Assembly (NCBI GenBank): GCA_963705935.1
Contig: OY970130.1
Location: 520,676 to 584,675, forward strand
Source of the DNA: an uncultured Verrucomicrobiae bacterium
GTDB lineage: Bacteria > Verrucomicrobiota > Verrucomicrobiia > Opitutales > Opitutaceae
Direction: 5' to 3'
DNA: 64,000 nt
The notes beneath the pieces are model-generated. The model saw nothing but the letters and a program-made list of their open reading frames with translations. It did not search any database and was not told where the DNA came from. Below, in pieces: positions 60,044 to 64,000 of this stretch; the stretch's first letter is position 1, and each line of letters starts with the position of its first letter. Made by a program: the position numbers and the translations under genes.

Positions 60044-60985
60044 ATGCCTGATCCTCTCGCCTCTGCCTCCGGTCGGCTGCGCCTCGCGTTCGCGACGCGT
60101 CCGCCACGGTTTCCGGCGGATGCATCGGCAGACATCGTGCCGGGAGCGCCCTGGCTCGCGGGTGCGACGGAGGACGAATTGCTGGGCGGCGCCGTACCGG
60201 CGCCCTCCGTTGACGGCCTCCGGCTCTTCGAGCGCGACGGGTTGCTGATCGGGTACGGGCGCGCCGCCGCCGCGTCGGCCGATCTGGCCGGCGTCACGCG
60301 AATCCTGTACGCGCGGGTGCTCGCGGCGGCGAAGGGCCGCCATCTTTACCGCGCATGGCACTTTGTTCCCGGCATCAACGGCGTGACCGGCGGTCTCGAA
60401 CACTACCAGGCGTTTTGCCGCGGGCGCTCGCTGGCCTTCGAGCAGGCGTATGGGACCGGGTTCGAACGCAGCCTGTGCGCGGCGTCCGCCGTCGGGTCCG
60501 AGGGCGCCGACCTGGAACTGATCTTCGTCGCCGGGACCGGCCGGCCGCGGCACGTCGAGAATCCGGAACAGGTCCCTGCGTACGAGTACCCGGCCGAGCA
60601 CGGCCCGCGCCCGCCGAGTTTCGCCCGGGCCACGATCGTGACGATCGGCGGCCGGCGCTACACGTTCGTTTCCGGAACCTCCTCGATCAAGGGGCACGCC
60701 ACCGTCGGGGGAGGGCTGCTGCGGCAGCTCGACTGCACGCTCGACAACCTGCGGCTGATTTCGAAGCAGGCCGGGGCCGGCGACGGTCTTGCCGTGGCGC
60801 CGGCGGGACGGCGGCATTTCAAGGTGTACCTGCGGAACGCGGCGGATCTGGCCGCGACCCGGGACACGCTCGAGCGGACGCTGCTGCACGAGGACGACCG
60901 GGTCGTCTATCTGCGGGCCGACATCTGTCGCTCCGCGCTCGACGTGGAAATCGAGGCGACGCTCGTCGGCGCGGATCCGGCATAG
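60044..60985 (+). CDS. Chorismatase, FkbO/Hyg5/XanB2-like
   Basis: RAWHFVPGIN, YQAFCRGR, AASAVG, ENPEQVPAYEYP, PSFARAT, SGTSSIKGH, ADICR..LDVEIEA. Confidence 0.85.
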   Translation: MPDPLASASGRLRLAFATRPPRFPADASADIVPGAPWLAGATEDELLGGAVPAPSVDGLRLFERDGLLIGYGRAAAASADLAGVTRILYARVLAAAKGRHLYRAWHFVPGINGVTGGLEHYQAFCRGRSLAFEQAYGTGFERSLCAASAVGSEGADLELIFVAGTGRPRHVENPEQVPAYEYPAEHGPRPPSFARATIVTIGGRRYTFVSGTSSIKGHATVGGGLLRQLDCTLDNLRLISKQAGAGDGLAVAPAGRRHFKVYLRNAADLAATRDTLERTLLHEDDRVVYLRADICRSALDVEIEATLVGADPA

Positions 60986-61216
60986 GCTGTCACCGCCGCG
61001 GGTTGCGATTCGGCGCGTCACTCGCGGCGGCCGGCAAGTTCGGTGATCGCTCGCGCCGCCGCCCGGCGAACGCCCGAGCTGTCTGGACCTGAGTGTATCC
61101 GGATAAAGGATTGGAGCGGCCAGACTGCCGGTTCAGCCCGCGGGTGGGGTCCGGCCGGCCTCGGCAAGCCCGGCTGCAGTGAACCGCGCGAGTGCCGAGC
61201 CGCGGGCGGGCAACCG

Positions 61217-61261
61217 ATGTTCGCATTACGAACATCAAGCCAATGTTCGTATTACGAACAT
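61217..61261. repeat. Tandem pair of 19-bp palindromes
   Basis: atgttcgcattacgaacat (61217-61235) and atgttcgtattacgaacat (61243-61261). Confidence 0.8.
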
Positions 61262-61436
61262 CGACCAAGCGGTCGAGAAACTCGGGGGGAGGTGCATGCG
61301 CCAGTCGAGCGGCGCGCCTGAGACAGGCCAAAACCAGATGCTGGCGACCGCATCAGGGTGCGGCACTCCGCGGGCCCGCGAGCCGCGGTGCCTGGGTGAC
61401 GCGGATCCGACATGGCTGCCGGACGAGCCGCGCTAT

Positions 61437-62810
61437 CTATGGCGTGTCAGCACCCGGGGTTTCGCTCGCGGCCAGCAGATCCCGGATTCGCCGGGCATCG
61501 GGTTTCCCCCGCGCGGTGGTTGGGAAATCCGCCATCACGACCCATTTCTTCGGAATCTTCCACGGTGCGAGCCGCGGCCGCAGTGCGTCCCGCAGCTGCG
61601 CCGGGGTGAGGTCGGTGGCGACTGCTGCGGCGAGCGCCTCCGAGCGCTGCATCTGCGGGGCCACCAGCGCATCGCGCACGCCGGGGACCTGTCGGATCGC
61701 CTGCTCCACCTCGGCGAGGTTGAGCCGGCGGCCGCCGATCTTGACGAACCGGCCGGCCCGGCCCAGCAGGACCAGCTCGCCCGCGGGGTCCAGCCGGCCG
61801 ATGTCCGGCATCCGGTGCGCGCCGGGATGGCGGTTGCCGATCGTGAACACCGCGGCGCTCCGGACGGTGAAACGGCCACCGCGGCCGAAGTCCAGCTGCA
61901 CCCCCGGCAGCGGCCAGCCCAGTCCGCGCGGCTCGGCCGCCGAGTCGCCGGTCCCGTCGTAGGTGATCCCGCCCGTCTCGCTCGAGCCGTAGAAGCTGTG
62001 AATCTTCAGGTCGAAGCGGTCGCGAAACGCGCGGGCGACCTCCGGCGCCAGCGGAGCACCGGCGGAGATGACGGTGCGCAGGCTGGCCAGCTCCGCCGGC
62101 GCAATCGCGGATCCGGCCAGGGCGCGCAGCAGCGCGGGGACGGCGGGAAAGACGTCGGGCCGCCATCGCGCGATCGCCGCCGCCATCGCGTGCGGCAGCG
62201 GCGCGGCCCCGAACAGGATCGCGCTGCCCTGGAGCAGCAGCGGCATCACCAGATTGCCGATACCGTACGAATGGCCCCACGGGATCAGCCCGACGTTCAC
62301 ATCCTCCGGCCGGACCCGCATGGCGGCGCAGATCTGGCGGGCATCCGCGAGGAGCTCGGCATCGGTGAAGAGCAGCGCCCGGGGGGCGCCGGTGGAACCG
62401 GAGGTCAGCTTGACGAACCGCCGGCCATCGCGTCGAGGCCGCGCCGGCGGCCCGAGCCGTTCGAGCTTTCCCTCGTGCCACCAGCATGTCGCCCCGATGC
62501 CGCGCGCGGCGGCGAGCTGCGCCAGCGGCGGCTCGCCCGGGTCGAGCGGCGCCGCCACCGCGTCGCACTTCGCCAGTCCGAGCAGGACGCGCAGCCAGCC
62601 GGCGCCGTTCGGTTCCGCGAACGCCACGGTTTGTCCGCGGACGTCGCCGTCGTGTTCTGCCGCCCACGCGCCGGCCTCCGCCTCGATCTCCGCCCGCGTC
62701 CACCGGCGTGCCGCAGCGTCGTCGATCAGCGCGACGGCCGATGGCGCCGCCGCCAGCGTTCGTGCCCAGACGGCGAGAAGGGTGTCGGTCGGCGGGGGCA
62801 TGCGACTCAT
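61437..62810 (-). CDS. AMP-binding acyl-CoA/acyl-ACP ligase
   Basis: TSGSTGAPR, HSYG, ISAGAPL, FYGSSETGGI, GR..RFVKIGG, TARGK. Confidence 0.9.
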   Translation of the reverse strand: MSRMPPPTDTLLAVWARTLAAAPSAVALIDDAAARRWTRAEIEAEAGAWAAEHDGDVRGQTVAFAEPNGAGWLRVLLGLAKCDAVAAPLDPGEPPLAQLAAARGIGATCWWHEGKLERLGPPARPRRDGRRFVKLTSGSTGAPRALLFTDAELLADARQICAAMRVRPEDVNVGLIPWGHSYGIGNLVMPLLLQGSAILFGAAPLPHAMAAAIARWRPDVFPAVPALLRALAGSAIAPAELASLRTVISAGAPLAPEVARAFRDRFDLKIHSFYGSSETGGITYDGTGDSAAEPRGLGWPLPGVQLDFGRGGRFTVRSAAVFTIGNRHPGAHRMPDIGRLDPAGELVLLGRAGRFVKIGGRRLNLAEVEQAIRQVPGVRDALVAPQMQRSEALAAAVATDLTPAQLRDALRPRLAPWKIPKKWVVMADFPTTARGKPDARRIRDLLAASETPGADTP

Positions 62811-62877
62811 CCGCTAAAACTCCGCGCCACCCCCCACAACGTCAGATGATGTATGACACTTTCGTTCATCGTCCGGC

Positions 62878-64000
62878 TCAGGCTCTCTGGCGCGAGAGCG
62901 CCTCGACTTCCACCACCGCCAGCGCGGTCACGACGATGCCGGCGACCGTGAGCCCGAGCGCGTGGATCACGGGAATATGGCTGAACGCGAGCACGCCGAA
63001 GGAACTGGCCGCGCACAGCGCCGACAGCCGGATCGAAACCGGCGGGGTTCCGCCCGGGCCGGAGGTCTCGGCGGAAAAGATGGCGTAGTTGTGCGAAAGG
63101 CAGACGCCCAGAAATGCGCCGAGCAGGTTGAAAAGATTCAGCGTCTGGCCCGCGAGTCCGAGCACGCCGAAGATGAAGAAGCAGGAGCCGGCCGGTATGG
63201 CCGCGATCCGCAGCGCGCGCCGGAAAGGGTAGATGGCGAAGACGCTGGCGATCACCAGCGCCAGCCCGATCAGGCTCAGGCGCAGCGCCGACCAGCGGTA
63301 GCGCATGAAAAGGCCGTTGAGCGACTGGAGTTGGTTCAGCCCCACCGTATCCAGGCTGGACGGCAGCGTGGCCGCGACGGGCCCGCTGGCCACGGTCAGA
63401 AACCAGAACGGCGCGTGGGTGCCGGCCAGCAGCGACAGGGGACCGTGCAGCATCGATGTCACGCTGGCGGCGAGCTGCGCGTAATCGCCGGCCGGCGCGC
63501 GGCTCTGCACCTTCCGCCATTGCCCGAAGAACGGCTCGAACGCGTCGGCGGAAAATCCGTGTCGCTGCAGCGCTGCCCGGAACTCGTCCGGGAACGCGCC
63601 CAGCCGCCGGAGGCGGCCCGGAAACTCGCGCCAGTCCTGCTCGGTCGGAAGCAGGAGCCCGAGGCTGGAGGTCGCCACCTGCGGCGCGACCCGCGCGAGG
63701 TAGCGATGAAACTCCTCCAGGTTTTGCCGCGCCTGGGCGGCGGTGGCGCCGTAGGTGAGAAACGTCGTGCGCTCGCCGCGATCGCCGAACAGCGCGCGCA
63801 AATGGTCCTCGTTGGCGTTCAACGCCGGATTGCGGATGTCGAGTTCGCGAACGTCGTCCCGCCATTTCAGCCGCCACGGACCGATCGCGGCGACCGCCAC
63901 GGCAACGACCAGCAACCCGGCTGCGACCCGGCGCAGTCCCCGCCCCCCGGTCGCCAGGGAACCGCTCGTGAAGCGCCGGCCCGGAAGGTACGGGTGGTCC
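62878..64000 (-). CDS. MMPL/RND-like exporter of aryl-polyene-type clusters, 5' end outside the window
   Basis: LNLFNLLGAFLGV..NYAIF, SFGVLAFS.IPVIHALG; frame stays open to the window edge. Confidence 0.8.
   Translation of the reverse strand, partial: DHPYLPGRRFTSGSLATGGRGLRRVAAGLLVVAVAVAAIGPWRLKWRDDVRELDIRNPALNANEDHLRALFGDRGERTTFLTYGATAAQARQNLEEFHRYLARVAPQVATSSLGLLLPTEQDWREFPGRLRRLGAFPDEFRAALQRHGFSADAFEPFFGQWRKVQSRAPAGDYAQLAASVTSMLHGPLSLLAGTHAPFWFLTVASGPVAATLPSSLDTVGLNQLQSLNGLFMRYRWSALRLSLIGLALVIASVFAIYPFRRALRIAAIPAGSCFFIFGVLGLAGQTLNLFNLLGAFLGVCLSHNYAIFSAETSGPGGTPPVSIRLSALCAASSFGVLAFSHIPVIHALGLTVAGIVVTALAVVEVEALSRQRA

Noticed and set aside
61217-61261. LexA/SOS box
   Set aside because: The verrucomicrobial box is TGTTC-N4-GAACA; the spacing here is N7 and no gene starts nearby.

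Overview
GC-rich bacterial DNA whose gene content and style suggest Verrucomicrobia/Opitutaceae (inference). About 45 coding genes; no rRNA, tRNA or CRISPR array seen. Left part (1-23 kb): a hybrid kinase/NarL pair; a nuclease-fused DinG/XPD helicase with an in-frame array of REP palindromes; a HIT-phoH-7TM/HD-ybeY-DUF502-recO run interrupted by a Tat-exported xanthine-dehydrogenase-family operon; and a head-to-tail pair of IS1380-family elements (CTTAG-IS-CTTAG-IS-CTTAG) just upstream of fabF. Middle and right part (23-59 kb): what looks like an extended phosphate-starvation neighbourhood. It holds porin-pstSCAB-phoU-phoB-phoR and pit/DUF47. 11-bp-periodic Pho-box-like repeats also lie upstream of a GH43, a four-gene glycolipid/PlcP-like operon, an alpha/beta-hydrolase-GH3-CPBP operon, a CBS-kinase/CBS-PP2C pair and an MCP. 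The window ends in an aryl-polyene/xanthomonadin-like cluster. Best candidates for novelty: the Pho-box-preceded hydrolase-GH3-CPBP operon, the CBS-kinase/CBS-phosphatase pair, and the translated REP array in the helicase. All calls come from reading motifs by eye; no searches were run.
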